Shown in pieces: positions 26,078-38,466 of a stretch of 64,000 nucleotides of DNA. A model generated the notes under the pieces. It made no database searches. It saw nothing but the letters and a program-made list of their open reading frames with translations, and was not told the origin of the DNA. Origin of the DNA: Epiperipatus broadwayi (Eukaryota; Animalia; Onychophora); contig JAQFVV010000001.1 in NCBI GenBank assembly GCA_028023455.1, forward strand, positions 24,614,001 to 24,678,000, written 5' to 3'. How positions within the stretch are numbered: position 1 is the stretch's first letter; every line of letters begins with the position of its first letter. A program made the translations under genes and the position numbers.

Positions 26078-27189
26078 TGTGAATAATAATAATAATATTT
26101 TTGATGTACTAGACTTCCCATACACATCTTAATGGCAATGCCCGAAAAAGGATCCCTTGATATGAACTACGTCTACTTTGAGAGAAAGTGAAAGATTGGA
26201 CTGGTCATATTTAAATTTCTGAAGGTCCTGAGGTGTAAGTAGGAAAGCAAAATACTAATAATAAATGAATGGTTGTAACTATAAATACATAATACCTTAG
26301 ATATATACAGATAATGTATCACTAACAAAAATAATAACTTAATTCCTGATTAAAATAATCGGCTCCCTGACATAATAGAAAGTCTCCAGAAACCCTAGGC
26401 CATTAATGAATGAATCATAAAACATAATATAAAAAGGGAAGACAAGAATTAAAATTTAGAATATAAATTGTTTTTCACACTTTCCAAATATTTCATTTAT
26501 TAAATTATTAAATAGTTTATCATCAGTAATTACAAATAAGACTGTCTTTTAACTAACATAGATGGAACATTGGATATCAAACTCACTTATGGTGAAGTTT
26601 GACAATATACAGCATAACAAATTATACATCGAATTTTTACTATTTTTTTTGACAAATAAAAGTATATATGTATGAAACATATACTGATAAAATGCTTTCA
26701 ATGATTTTCTTTCAAGACATTTGTTTTACAGAAATCTTAATAGATTTTACTTAACTGATTTACTAAAATTCTTTATTCTTTCAGAAAAAATTACGAGGGC
26801 AATTTTAAATTGGAGGTAATAATAACACATCTAATTTTTAAAATAATTTCTATCATTTAAAACAAATTTATAATATAAAAGGTACAAAACTAAATGAGCT
26901 TTTCTATTAATTAATTTAAGGGAAATAAGTCTCCAGTAATGATTTTTAAATGGAGAAAATAAGAGGGAGGGTTTAAAACTAGTTTCTCGTTGAGTTTTAT
27001 ACTTGGCAATTTCAGTAAGTCAATATTCTAAATAAACCAATAAAAATTAATTTAATTTGCCGCATGAAAATAATGTGAGATTTTTAGAAGAATTGATATT
27101 TTAAATTTAAGAGAAAAAAATTAAGACGCATTTTAAAATGAAGTTGTATAAACATTACAGATATATAAAATATGAATTAACATTGATTT

Positions 27190-27560
27190 AGAAAACAAGT
27201 AAAATAGAATCAGTGGCTTGCGGCAAATTGGAGATTATAATATATCTATTGGGAGATGTTCCATGGCTTGAAACAGGCAAATATAAAGTCAGATCATTTA
27301 ACAGGCTTCCTTGACACAGACAGTCTCCAGCTAGATGTTGAGAACACTGGAAATCCATTGATGAGCTAGTGGAAACAGAGCTCCAGAAAGCAACAGCTGA
27401 TCTTCTCATCCTGTCATTTCTTTAGTCACGATGTACTGTAAATCTAAACTACTCTCCTCAGTGAACTGTTCTTCAATAAATTGTTTTCAATTAATCTCTG
27501 TTCTTCAATTAATAATCCCTTATCAAAAATTTCCACTATTTATTTGATCTGGCTTTATAG
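27190..27560 (-). mobile_element. APE endonuclease fragment of an I/Jockey-type LINE
   Basis: Minus strand reads RRSAVA (R..GGVA-like), then LNI*LETVCV, LTLYLP and ISNLPQ...ILLVF, matching EN motifs LE.V.V, SIYLPP and QLP.P.IL.GDFN. Confidence 0.45.
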
Positions 27561-28260
27561 GATTCAATCTACAGTGACAACTGCCAATTGCAACTGCTCT
27601 AAGTGGTTCTCTGAGGTTGGTGCCTGCTTTGGAGGGAAATCTATCATCCTGCATTAAACATGCCCCAAGGGTTCATTTGCTAATTAAAAGAAAACAGCAA
27701 CAAGTTTTTTTAGTTTATCAGTCATTGTACTAGCAAGGCCTATTTAATTAAGATTTAGATTAACAAAAATGTAAATTTTACTCAGAAAAAGTTTAGGAAT
27801 TTGGTACAATGACGTTCAAATTTAATATTTGACATAAACTTAAATAGAAATTTACAAAATATTTCTTACAAATATTACATTGTTTACATAATTGATCCTT
27901 TAATGTACATTTATCAAAAGATAAATATAAAATGTTACCAACTGATTAATTTAAGAAAAATTAACTTTAATAAAAGAATTTAAAATATTTGTAACATTTT
28001 ATAGATATCTAGGATTCAATTACATATCAATGCCAATTTAATAAAATAAACCTAATATACAGTTTTATAAATTTTATAAAATAAATAAACTATTATAAAA
28101 GGGTAGTTAATCATAAAATACAAATTAATTAGATAAAAGATTATAATATTGATTATAATTATACTACCACCTATTATGAGGTGGGTGTCAGTTAATATAA
28201 AAGGTTGGGTTCAAACCCACACTAATGCTGATGACATTGGCACTAGGTGAAGCAGAAATA

Positions 28261-28585
28261 TGTACTATATTACCAGCTTTAGAAGCAAATTAAAAATTTA
28301 AAAAAAAAGAGAGAAAACTAAATCTACAGGAATAAACTATTATTCCAAATTAACAAAATGAAAAAGAACCAAAAGAATACCAGAAATGTTAAGCTCAACA
28401 AAATCCTTTAATAAAAAGAACTTTCATTGAAATGATCACTAAAGAGTTTGGTAAGAATTTTAATTATTTGCCTACATTTTATATCATTACAATCTAAATT
28501 TAATAGTCATGATAATTATTTTTTTATTATTTATTTTATTCTTAATGTTAATACATTAACAAAAATCCATGTATAAATATTTATA
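28261..28585 (+). mobile_element. 5' part of the split 5' LTR of an old Gypsy-type provirus
   Basis: Starts TGTA. 28283-28555 aligns with 36220-36475 (gagaaaactaaat.tacaggaataaac...ttttatatcattacaatcta). Confidence 0.65.
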
Positions 28586-29011
28586 GTGATCCGGAAGCTT
28601 TATCCACTTCAAAGTTAACCATTGGGAAATCAAAACTAAAATATATATTTATAAAGATTTTAAAAGAAAACAGAAAATTGTATTTAAAAATTTTGTATTT
28701 TTTTTTTTTTATTAGAAAAGTACTTGCCACAACACACGTACTCAATTATAAATGGAAATTGTAAAAAACATTTTAATTTAAAAGATTTGATTGAGATAAG
28801 TTTTTTTTTTGTTTTGATCTATTTTAAAATCAGAAACTCATTTTTTAATTGATTAAAATTGATATTTGAAAGATAAAAACATAAGATAAAAAGAGCCCTG
28901 GTTAAAATGTTTAATTAAGCTCTAATGAAAGATAAGAGATTAACCCTGGTTAGATCTTTTAATTAAGATCTTGTGGGACATTTGCATATAAAAGCTCTGG
29001 GTTTTTGAAGG

Positions 29012-29180
29012 AGATATGTAACTTTTATATTTGCTAATAGGCAGACTGCTGATATGTAACTTTTATATTCACTAACAGGTGAACTGCTCATATATAATTT
29101 TTGTATTCATTAATTGCGGACTGCTGATTTTTATATTTTATTATTTGCTAATTTTTGACAGCAGATATATAATTTTATAT
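29012..29180. repeat. ~38-bp minisatellite, about 4 diverging copies
   Basis: gatatgtaacttttatatt.(g/a)ctaa.agg..actgct is repeated; the first two copies are close, later ones degenerate. Confidence 0.75.
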
Positions 29181-29668
29181 GGTAGTGTTTTGTTCTATCA
29201 TTTCAGCCATTTGATGTCTCTATTTCTAGCTAAGCTGCTAAAATATGCTGTTTCCATGGCAGCAGCCAAACAGATAGCCTTCTTTCTATGATAAAACACA
29301 GAAAGAGTCCATTTGACTCGGCTGCTGGCTACTGCTGTGGCTTTTTTTTATGCTAAAAGCACAGAAAAATGGCTTCATTGGCTGCCATAGTTGCTTGTTA
29401 CGCACTTTATCATAATGCTGGGTTGTCTATTTTTGCTGCAGTATCGTGTGAGGATGCATCGTGTCTAAATAATTGAACTTTTTAGGTTCAACTTTTTTTT
29501 TCATGTGAACTGACCTACTGGTATCTTCTAAAAGTTTTAACAGTATCGTCACAGTTCCATCAAAATGGTGTAACCCTCACAAATTGGAATTTAGGGTGCG
29601 GCACAGCACTATTTCGAAGATCCTGATGAAAGTAATGTATCCATGAGAAATCATCCGAGATAAGTAAG

Positions 29669-31897
29669 ATGGCTGCTTCAAACTGTGAAAATTGGCAATT
29701 TCCAGATACCGGAGTCGGCTTGCATTTTAGTAGTTTGTTATAATTATTAACTTTAGTGGGTAAATTGCAATCTAATTTATTTTCTCCCCCCAAAACGCAC
29801 TGTCTGATTAATTACTGTCCAAAAAAGAGTAAAATTTACTTTTATTTTTTATTACAAAAAGTACTGTAACTTTTCTGATACACACACACACACAATCTAA
29901 GAAGCCCGTCTTTGATTAATTACTGTTCAAATAAAGCTCCACTATATTTACTATTATTTATTATTAAAAAAGTAACATAACTTTTTATGAATACACACAC
30001 ACATAAAAAAATGCCACTCTCTGATTAATTGCTGTCCCAAAAAAGACGAAGTCGGCTTTCATTGTAAAATTTGGTTTGAATTTGCTAAATTTTGTGAAAG
30101 TTGTAATATAATTGACTTTGATTTCAAAACACAGTATCTGATTAAGGTCCCAAAAAGGCTAAAATTTACTGTTATTTTCTATTAAAAAAGGGAATGTAAC
30201 TTTTTATATCCACACACCCACAAAAAAGCCAGCCTCTGATTAATTACTGTCCAAAAAAGTTTCTAATGTATTATTATTTGCTATTCGAAAGTAATATAAT
30301 TTTTTATTGACACACATACCAAAAAAAAAAGCCATTCTGATTAATTACTGTTCCAAAAAGTCGGCTTACATTTTTATATTTTGTTTGAATTTTTTAACTT
30401 TATGGAAATCATAATATAATTTACTTTTATTTCCTATTCCAAAAATAAAGTCAATAGTTCTATAGAATTGCTGGCCTGGGAACGTTAGATCTATGTGTTT
30501 TTGCTTAGCATCAAGTGACTGACATGGTAGAACAGAACACTACTTTTTATATTTTCGGACTGCAGTTTGCCAACTGCTAAAGGAAACCATTCGAAAGGAA
30601 AAAAAAAGTGAGTATACTTAATACTGTAATTAGCGACTTTTCATTCAAAATGTAGAAACTACTCACATTAAAGAACCCTATTAAAGTATGCCATGCTAAA
30701 CCAATTCCAAAACAAACCCTGGAGTTCGAAATTGTACCATCATGAACACATACTAAAATCCTAGTTCAAAACTGATCTTAAAGATTGCCTTCATATTCCT
30801 GACCAGATAATGGAAATCAAAAACCACCATAATATACTCTCAAGAGAACTAAAATCTTGCACACACCGCTGGAATCAATCAGAAGGTAAAACTGAATATT
30901 CAAAGGTAAATAAACACTTTTTATTTTAATCAGGGTTGAAATCTCTAAGCTTTATACTCAAAGAAAGGAAATATGAACATATGATAGATCTATTCATAAT
31001 AATTTAGATATTATTAGTAGTGTATAAATATTTCTTTTATTAGATGTATTTATTTTTTAATTTTTAAAGTATAAAGAATTAGTTTAATATTTTATTTTGA
31101 CGCTTTGTTGGAGAGTGTATTATGAATTGATATTTTATAATCATTGTTGTTCTCTATTATTATTATTCATTATTGTTAAAAGCTTTGTTAGATAATAGTA
31201 GTTTTTTTTTATTCACCTGTTCCTTATTTTTCATTGTAATTAATCTCTGTTTGCATTTCCTGTAGACCATAAATCATTTGGCTAACAATTTATCAGTTAT
31301 ATAGTTTTTTTTTCTTAAACTGTAGACATTTTGTTCTCTTATATTTCAGATTATGTAAAATCATAATCTTTTTCTCTTTGCTTGTACGGTGGCAATCTTA
31401 AGGGTCATATTTCCGCAATTTCTTTTGAGCGTTTAAAGGAGCATATGATATCCTTGTTGTGTACCATTGTTTTATGGGATTAAGAAAAGTTCACTGTTCA
31501 TTAAACTTCCGTATAAATTCATTTTATTAAAATCTCTAAATAAAGGAAAACAGAAATTGAAAAGTAGATAAATTGTTAGCATAAAGATCATTCAAAGTGC
31601 TCTAAACTTAGGTGAGAAAACAAAATTATCTACCGAAGTATTTAACCACAATACTCTCATGCATCCTCTGACAAAGAAAGTTGGGGAACTTAGGTCAAAC
31701 TTTTACATTTTGTTTGATTAATATTTATTTTTGAATTTAATAAAACTTTAAAATTATCAATAATTACATTTGTTTTTGGATAACATTTGTTTTTGGGTCC
31801 TGTCCCTCAATTGCTTGAACAAAGGTTTAAGATCCCTTTCTCTCCCTGGGTATAGCTGGCAGCATTTATATTCATCATCCTCAACTTTTTCATCACC
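29669..31897 (+). pseudogene. Unidentified spliced gene remnant with short introns
   Basis: aagATGGCT start (MAASNCENWQFPDTG). Exons 30466-30607 (NCWPGNVRSMCFCLASSD*HGRTEHYFLYFRTAVCQLLKETIRKEK, GTGAGT donor), 30656-30905 (KLLTLKNPIKVCHAKPIP...DLKDCLHIPDQIMEIKNHHNILSRELKSCTHRW) and 31350 onward (NHNLFSLCLYGGNLKGHISAISFERLKEHM), plus IKIIQSALNLGEKTKLSTEVFNH and a final GTAAGT donor at 31898. Several stops and frameshifts. Confidence 0.5.
29795..30430. repeat. Six ~100-115 bp monomers organised as a 3-mer x 2 higher-order repeat
   Basis: Anchor ctgattaattactgt.c.aaaaa at ~29801, 29911, 30021, 30138, 30236 and 30338. Monomers 1/4 share aaaatttact, 3/6 share agtcggctt, and 1/2/4/5 end in CA-rich tails. 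Confidence 0.85.
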
Positions 31898-31974
31898 GTA
31901 AGTCAAAAATTTTATAGGTTGACAGTGGCGCTCTCTGTGTTAAAAAGAAGTGGAGTATCCAATACAATAGAGAG

Positions 31975-32512
31975 CAAATTTTATTATTGTGTAATAAATA
32001 TTTATTTTATTATTTGTTAATCTGACCTCCATTCTCTTTCCTTAGCAAACTTTTTACTGTAGATGAATATATTGTTTATATAATATTTATTTTAAAGAGA
32101 TCATAATATGATATCCAGTGAGACATGATTCATATTCAAAAGAGCTAGTCAGGGTTAAACAACTGTAGTATTGAAGAGAGTTCAAACTCCTCGCATGAAT
32201 ATTTGTGGTATTGATGTAAATCTAATATAAATACATACATTCATGGAGGATTTCCTTTTTAGTTAAAGAAGAATGGGATTAATGGTCTTGAAATGTTATC
32301 ATGGTATATGAGATTTATATTTAATTAGTATCCAGTCTGGCCATTAATATAATTTTATAAATTGTATTAAATTATATTTCCCTCTTGACACATGTAACAA
32401 TCACTTATATTTGCTGACCAATGTTAGTCAGATTAATGTCAACATAAATAATGATTATGTTTGCTGACCAAATGTCTGATGATTCAAAATCCCTTTTGTA
32501 TAACTTATATAT
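31975..32512 (+). mobile_element. 3' part of the split 5' LTR
   Basis: Aligns with 36520-37064 (tttattattgtgtaataaa...gttaatctgac...ggagttaatggtcttgaaatg...). Immediately followed by a PBS-like motif. Confidence 0.75.
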
Positions 32513-32513
32513 T

Positions 32514-32532
32514 TGGCTTCCAATGTGAGAGC
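32514..32532 (+). promoter_or_regulatory. Degenerate tRNA-Lys primer-binding site
   Basis: tggcttccaatgtgagagc vs canonical TGGCGCCCAACGTGGGGC (12 of 18, mostly transitions), directly after the LTR homology ends. Confidence 0.5.
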
Positions 32533-32559
32533 ACAAGAATGACTCTGGCTCTATCTACT

Positions 32560-34120
32560 ATTGGAAAAAATAATAATAATAATTTGATGAGATATGTGAG
32601 GATAGATAAGAGAGAAACAGTTTTAAAACAATGATGTTGATTTTAATATAAAAATAATTGATTGAGAGCAAAAGTGCAGGCTCCAGAAAAAGAGATAGAA
32701 AATGTTCCCAGTGAAAAACAATCAGAAGTCTTAAATAGAGAAAGAAACAATGGCTTTATAAACAATGATGATGAAAATATTTGAAAATCAAAATAAAATA
32801 CTAGACAATCCAAATAAAGAGATGGCCATAAAATTTGAAAATCAAAATAAGGAAATGTTCACAAAATTTGAAAATCTAAGTAAAAGATTCAAAAAGCTGG
32901 AATATCAAATTTTTTTTAGGGCTGTTAGCAATTGAGGGAAGAAATCATAAAAGCTCGAGGAAGATTTAACACAGATTGAGAACAAAGTAGAAGAGGCATG
33001 TCAAAAGGTAAAGCAAAATAAAATGCAGTAAGAAAGGAAAGTAGAGTTTTTAAGTAGAGGAAGTAAAAACAGAAAGTAATAGGGTGTTAGAGCAGGTTCA
33101 TGTAGAAATAACCAATATTGTTCAAAAAAATTGAAAAGATGGAGATAAAACATGACAGGCAACACAAAACACCAATAGAGAAAATAGACTCAATCGAAAA
33201 AAGTGAATAATAAAATATGCAATTTGAATGATAACAGACTGGAAAGAGTTAACTTAGTTGTACACACACTATCTAATACACTTGTGATTCTTAACCAAAT
33301 TCAAAAAATAATTTCTCAGAACATGTAGGGAAAGCTTTTAATTTGGAGGGATATGGCTAAAATTGAAATAGAATGTAGCCATCTACAAAGGGCCTCATAG
33401 GGTTGGTAGGATTTCCTGTTTGCTGAACCTCAGAGTTTTAATGCATATAAACAGGTCTTGTTATCATGTTATTGGAGCTAGGAGCATCAAGCATCTCAAG
33501 AAAAATGGTGGCCTGGAGAACCGTTCACTCCACATTTTCAAAGTCAGGTGATGAAACTAAGGACTTTAACCGCCAGTCCACTATCTGAGAATCAATTTAT
33601 TAGTATAGTAAAATGGAATTTTCCTAATCATATAGAGCAAATGCTTATTGGCATGGAAAGAAAAACTCAAACAGGTAGCAGTGGTAGGCCTACATATGAA
33701 ATAAAAGAGAGGGGATTTAAACCCCAATCAGAAGAATCCTACAGACAAGAAAATGAGCCATAGGTAAATGCATTGGAATATAGAAGTAGAAAAAATACAT
33801 GAAAAAGAAAAGAAAATATCCACTGGTAGCCCAACTAGACTAGAATCATTCAGTGCACTGGAAGTGATTTTAATATTAATTGAGATTAGCAGTACACTAG
33901 ACTTAAAAGTGATTCACAATCACCTAGTACTAGTAGTAGCACTTCAAAAAATACTTGGAGAGAGGCAAGGTTTGATCTCAATATAAATAAGGATGGCTAA
34001 TCTTATCAATGATCAAGGATATGTTAAATGGACTAATGATTTCATATGTGGAGAATAAGATATATAATAACACTGAAATATAAATCTTGTGGTGTATTTG
34101 ATAAAAATAATTTAAGAACA
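32560..34120 (+). mobile_element. Decayed Gypsy gag (coiled-coil plus capsid-like) and possible protease region
   Basis: E/K-rich coiled-coil-like stretch, then LLSCYWS*EHQ and MKLRTLTASPLSENQFISIVKWNFPNHIEQMLIG (ORF 33548..33763), typical of arthropod Gypsy Gag. Confidence 0.6.
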
Positions 34121-34199
34121 GTTTTTTTTTAATTATCTTTATATCACTAACCATCAAATTCACAAATAAAAAAAAATCTTATGTTTTGTATTAATAATT

Positions 34200-35954
34200 A
34201 TTAAAGTCAGAAATAATAGTAGAAAAGAGAGAACATAATCAATGATAATGAACGAATAGGGAATTGAAAAGATAAAAGTGTAGTGTGAAAGGTTTTTAGA
34301 ATAAATAAGAATTAACTATAAATTTGAAGTATTTGTATGATTATGCCTTGTTTCAAAAGTATATTTATTAATTACTTTGTGTACAAATTAGAATGGATAT
34401 ATACAAGGTTAAATGAGGTTATGCTAAGTTCTGAAAGTTCTTATGAGTGGTTTAGTAGGCCAGCATGTTTGTTGTTCTGTTGTTATTAGTAGGGAGGGTG
34501 AATAGGTTCCAGGTGTCCTCAAAGGATTTTTTGGGAGAGATGAGCTCATCTCTTTTTTTGATTTTCTTTATTGTTTCACAGAACAACAGATCTGGGTCCA
34601 GATGGGGCAGTTCCATTATCAACTTGCAACGTACTATCCAGATTGCATAGAGAATGAAAATGGATAGTCTAATGATAGCAAATGTTCCGGTGTGGATTGC
34701 TTTTATGGGCAAGAGAATTAGGTCCGGTCTGATATTGAAGTTGGTGAAGACTATATCTCTGACTGTTTTAAGGTTTGGACAGCGATATAAGAAGTGCTCA
34801 ATGGTTTCCTCTTCATGAGAACATAAACTGCAGGTTGGATCAATGTTGGAGTTACCTCTTCGGTAAAATAGGAACCAATTTGTGGGAAGCACACTAAGGT
34901 TAATTTTGATGATGAAGTCCAGATACCTGGGCTCCAGACACCATCTTTTAAAGTGGGTAATTAATTTTTGGTTTGTGAGGTTGAGGCTACTTTTGGGAGG
35001 TTGCGGATGTGGGTTGATTAGGTGATACGCATTCCACAAGGTGATTTTAACATCAAAATTGGTGTCCATGATTGGTTTGTATTGACTTAGAAGATTGATA
35101 AGGCATGATATCCATGGCATTTTCCCTGGTGGGGTCGATCTGTTGGGGAAATCTTTTTGGTGATGTTGTTATAGCCAAAGGAATGTATCAGATTATGTAG
35201 CGTATTGTGTGTTTTTTGGAGTATGGCTGCTTGAATAGAGTGGAAAGACAAGCCATTGAACCTCCGAGGCAGCTGGATTTGTCGGAGGCTGATGGCCACA
35301 GTCTTCCCTCTCCAGAAGAGTTTGGTGCATAGGCGATTAATTTTGTTCTGAAACTGTTTGGTTAGTTTGATGAAGGGCAGGTAATATGTAATTTTTGGTA
35401 ATATTGTCATATTCAGGAGGCCCACCTTTCCATATAGTGAAAGATAGACTTGAGAGAGATGTGGTGATGTGCTCTGTTGTTTGGAGGATACCGTCCTGTA
35501 TTTCTCTGGCCATTGATGATTTGAAGATGGGAAACCCCAAGAATCTTTGTGGTTTGGCAGTATAGATAGATGGTATTTGTTTTCCTGACTTTATCTGCCA
35601 GATAGCTGATTTGTTGCGATTTATTTGTAAATGATATTTTGCAGTATATTGATTTAAAATGGATTGTAGTTGGGGAAGGTATTTTATGGTAGGTAGAACA
35701 ATCATGATGTCATCTATGTAGGCAAATGAATTGAGGTGTTTATTGATGAATGAAACGAATACGCCCGGTAGATTTTTTTCAATATCCATCAATAGAGGAT
35801 TTATGTATGCTGTGAAGCATAGAGCACTGAGGGGGGAACCTTGAGGGAGAGATTTAAAAGGTTTGAAGCCTGGTGTGAGTTTGCCATCCAATGAGACAAA
35901 GATTTCTCTGTTGCTTAATAGATTACTGATTATTTGTATAATGGTATCTTGCAT
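34200..35954 (-). mobile_element. L1/Tx1-like non-LTR retrotransposon ORF2 3' fragment (RT plus zinc knuckle), 5'-truncated, two frameshifts
   Basis: Overlapping ORFs 35337..35954 (LPQGSPLSALCF, FAYIDDI), 35087..35425 (LFWRGK, LPRRFNGL) and 34452..35120 (CSLCSHEEETIEHFLYRCP). Clearly more GC- and CpG-rich than the flanks. Confidence 0.88.
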
Positions 35955-35964
35955 TATAAAATTT

Positions 35965-36215
35965 TAATAGAGCTGCATTGCTAAATTCCTAAGAATATAT
36001 GTATGTGTGTTAATCTGGACATAATATAGTCCCATTTAATTATCCAGAGAGCATCCCCAACAACCCAAAACATAAGACCAAACTTAACCTGCCATTGCTA
36101 AGAAATGTTTGCTCTGAACTATATATTTTGCTTGCCAAAGATCTATCAAATGGATGCATTCTCTTGTTAAGAAGTGTATGATATGTGCGTGGAAGGATTT
36201 TGATCAGAATTTATA
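35965..36215 (-). mobile_element. Second fragment of the LINE family seen at 24760-25300
   Basis: cattgct.aattt/cct, gtccca.ttaattatccagaga.catc and tttgc.ctga.ctatatattttg.ttg...a.gatctatcaaatgga are shared with 24870-25030. Confidence 0.6.
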
Positions 36216-36219
36216 AAAC

Positions 36220-37064
36220 AAGCGAATTAAAGAAGACTAAAAAAAAGAGAAAACTAAATGTACAGGAATAAACTCTACAATTTCAAATTAATAATTATGA
36301 AGAACCAAAAGAAAAACAGAAAATGTTGAGCTCAACAAAAAGGACTTCATGATTACCAAAGAATTTGATAATAATTTTAATTACTTGCCTATATTTTATA
36401 TCATTACAATCTAATTCATTAGTCATGGTAATGTTTATTTATTATTATTATTTATTTAATCTTAATGATAATGATTAAATCTTATGTTTAAATGTTTGTA
36501 AAGGACTATAGTTAACTAGTGAATTTTATTATTGTGTAATAAACATTTGTTATTTGTTAATCTGACGTCTGTTCTCTTTTTCTAATTTCTCAATATTTAA
36601 ATTAGCAAACTTTTTATGATAGGGCAAATATATTTATATAATATTGTAAAAGAATCAGAATATGATAGCCAATGAGATGGGATTCTTATTCAACAGATCT
36701 AATTGTGATTAAGCAACGATAGTACTGTTCAAACTCCTGTGAATATTCCTGATATTTGACATATCCAGATTTTAATGTAGTATAAGTATTCTTCATAGAG
36801 GATTTCCCTTTTAGTTAAATAAAAATGGAGTTAATGGTCTTGAAATGTGGCTGTGGTATATGAAATTTATGTGTAATTATTATCCAGTTTGACTATTAGT
36901 ATAATTTTATAAATTGTATTAAATTATATTTCCCCTCTTGTCATGTGTAACAGTCATTTATATTTACTAACCAGTTTTGGTCAGATTAAAGTAAAGGTAA
37001 GAAAAAATTGTGTTTTGGATGACCAAGTGTGCGTTGGCTTAAAACCCCTCTGTTGTACTGTTAT
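36220..37064 (+). mobile_element. 3' LTR of the same old provirus (or a solo LTR of that family)
   Basis: Contiguous copy of 28283-28585 plus 31975-32512, ending ctgttata. Visibly diverged from the 5' copy. Confidence 0.7.
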
Positions 37065-37928
37065 AATATTTACATGTAAAACTAAGTAAAATACCCAGTA
37101 TACATTAATGATTGTAATAATAATAAATAAAACTATTAAGTATTAATGGTGATAATAAATATTCATAATAATTATAAAATCACACGAATATTTTTTATTA
37201 CTTTTATATATTTTGAATTACTTTCATAACTATTTTATAATTGTTATTATTATGAATATTTATTATCCCTATGATTATTACAATCATTAATATCTAATGG
37301 GTGTTTTATTTGGTTTTCATATATTTTGATTAAATAGATTTCATTGCTCTTAAGAAATAATGAGAACAAATGTAAAAAATTTATATGGACTAAATGTAAA
37401 TTTTGACATATGGTTTAAATGTAAATTTTGAGTTTTCAAAATATACAAAGTATACTATGTGTTTTCCAATTATTGTAACAGTAAGCTTAATAAGTGTTTA
37501 AATTTGATGACAAAGGAGAATTGTAATATAAAATGTATAATTTTAAATGATTAAACAAGAAAATGTAAAAATGAAATTATTTTTGGGAAAATAATTATGA
37601 AACTAACTAAAAATATTTTGAGTTTTTATAATATTTATTATCACTGATAATACTTTATAGTTGCTTTTATTATTATTATTATTATTAACAGTATATATAA
37701 ACTTTGTAGATTACAAATATATTATAACAGTTGTTATATTACTTATTTGTTTACATGATATATCTATTTGTGGTAAAAAAAAAAAATTAGAGACTTTGCT
37801 CTGCAATGGACTATTTAAAGCTGTTTTATTATCTTTTACTTATATGTGTCTAATTGTATCAGTTACCCTTATGAAAATGTGCTATGTAATAGATGTTTTA
37901 ATAATCATTTTTAAATTTAATTAAACAG

Positions 37929-38022
37929 AATCAATCAAGAACAATTACACTAGCAAATATCATCCATCAGTCTGATCAGGCATTGCGAAAATTAGTCAAA
38001 GAATCAATTTTAGAACATAAAG
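37929..38022 (+). CDS. PSTK: PSTK-like internal exon (NQSRTITLANIIHQSDQALRKLVKESILEHK)
   Basis: ttaaacag acceptor, AAG|GTGAGT donor, open frame. Matches the PSTK C-terminal motif R....N..H..DQ.LR..V. Its phase-1 end joins 53545. Confidence 0.85.
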
Positions 38023-38466
38023 GTGAGTTATATATATATATTTATACACAAACACATATAAATTTTTAATGTATTTTTATTAAAATAAAAGTAAAAAAAA
38101 GAATTAGTTGTTTTAGTTTTATTTATTATATTGTGACTAATAAAGTTGCAATACCACTTGTGAAGAATCACCTTATGGTTAGGTGCAAATTATAAAGATT
38201 AAAAAATAGATAATACTAGAGATGCTGATATTATATCATAAATGTTTGATAAATTATATATAGTATGGGTTGTGTATATATATATTTTTACTGACAGTAT
38301 GCAGTATTGAATCATTCCAGAAGCTAATACATTTATTTTAAATGTTTATTAAAATCTTAACCTAAATCAAAAAGTAACTGCTGTTGCAACTACTCTTAGC
38401 TATATATAAGCAATGATAGACATATATATAGTTTAGTAATATATTTTTGTAAAAATAGCTGAAAAA

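Larger units (their letters stand above)
28586..31975 (+). mobile_element. ~3.4 kb unclassified insert (probable DNA transposon) inside the LTR
   Basis: Homology to the 36220-37064 LTR stops at ~28585 and resumes at ~31975. Imperfect subterminal inverted repeat tccacttc....ttaac (28603 vs ~31939-31954). Contains tandem repeats and spliced ORF remnants. Confidence 0.55.

Noticed and set aside
26785-26815. 31-nt exon-like segment with good acceptor and donor inside the PSTK intron
   Set aside because: Stop in the phase required after 23167, and 23167 joins 37929 directly with good PSTK similarity.
28185-28260. B-box-like GGTTCAAACC (similar words at ~39385, 46650, 46945, 50103, 60510) as tRNA genes or SINEs
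   Set aside because: No cloverleaf or correctly spaced A box could be built; at most very old SINE traces.
29625-29650. CTGATGA...GAAA as a fourth hammerhead (also collapsed ctgacgaaac at ~51170 and a partial motif at ~22255)
   Set aside because: No stem II between the core halves, or wrong spacing.
30520-30750. In-frame TGAs in the nested gene read as selenocysteine
   Set aside because: They co-occur with TAA stops and frameshifts; CGA-to-TGA decay is the simpler explanation.
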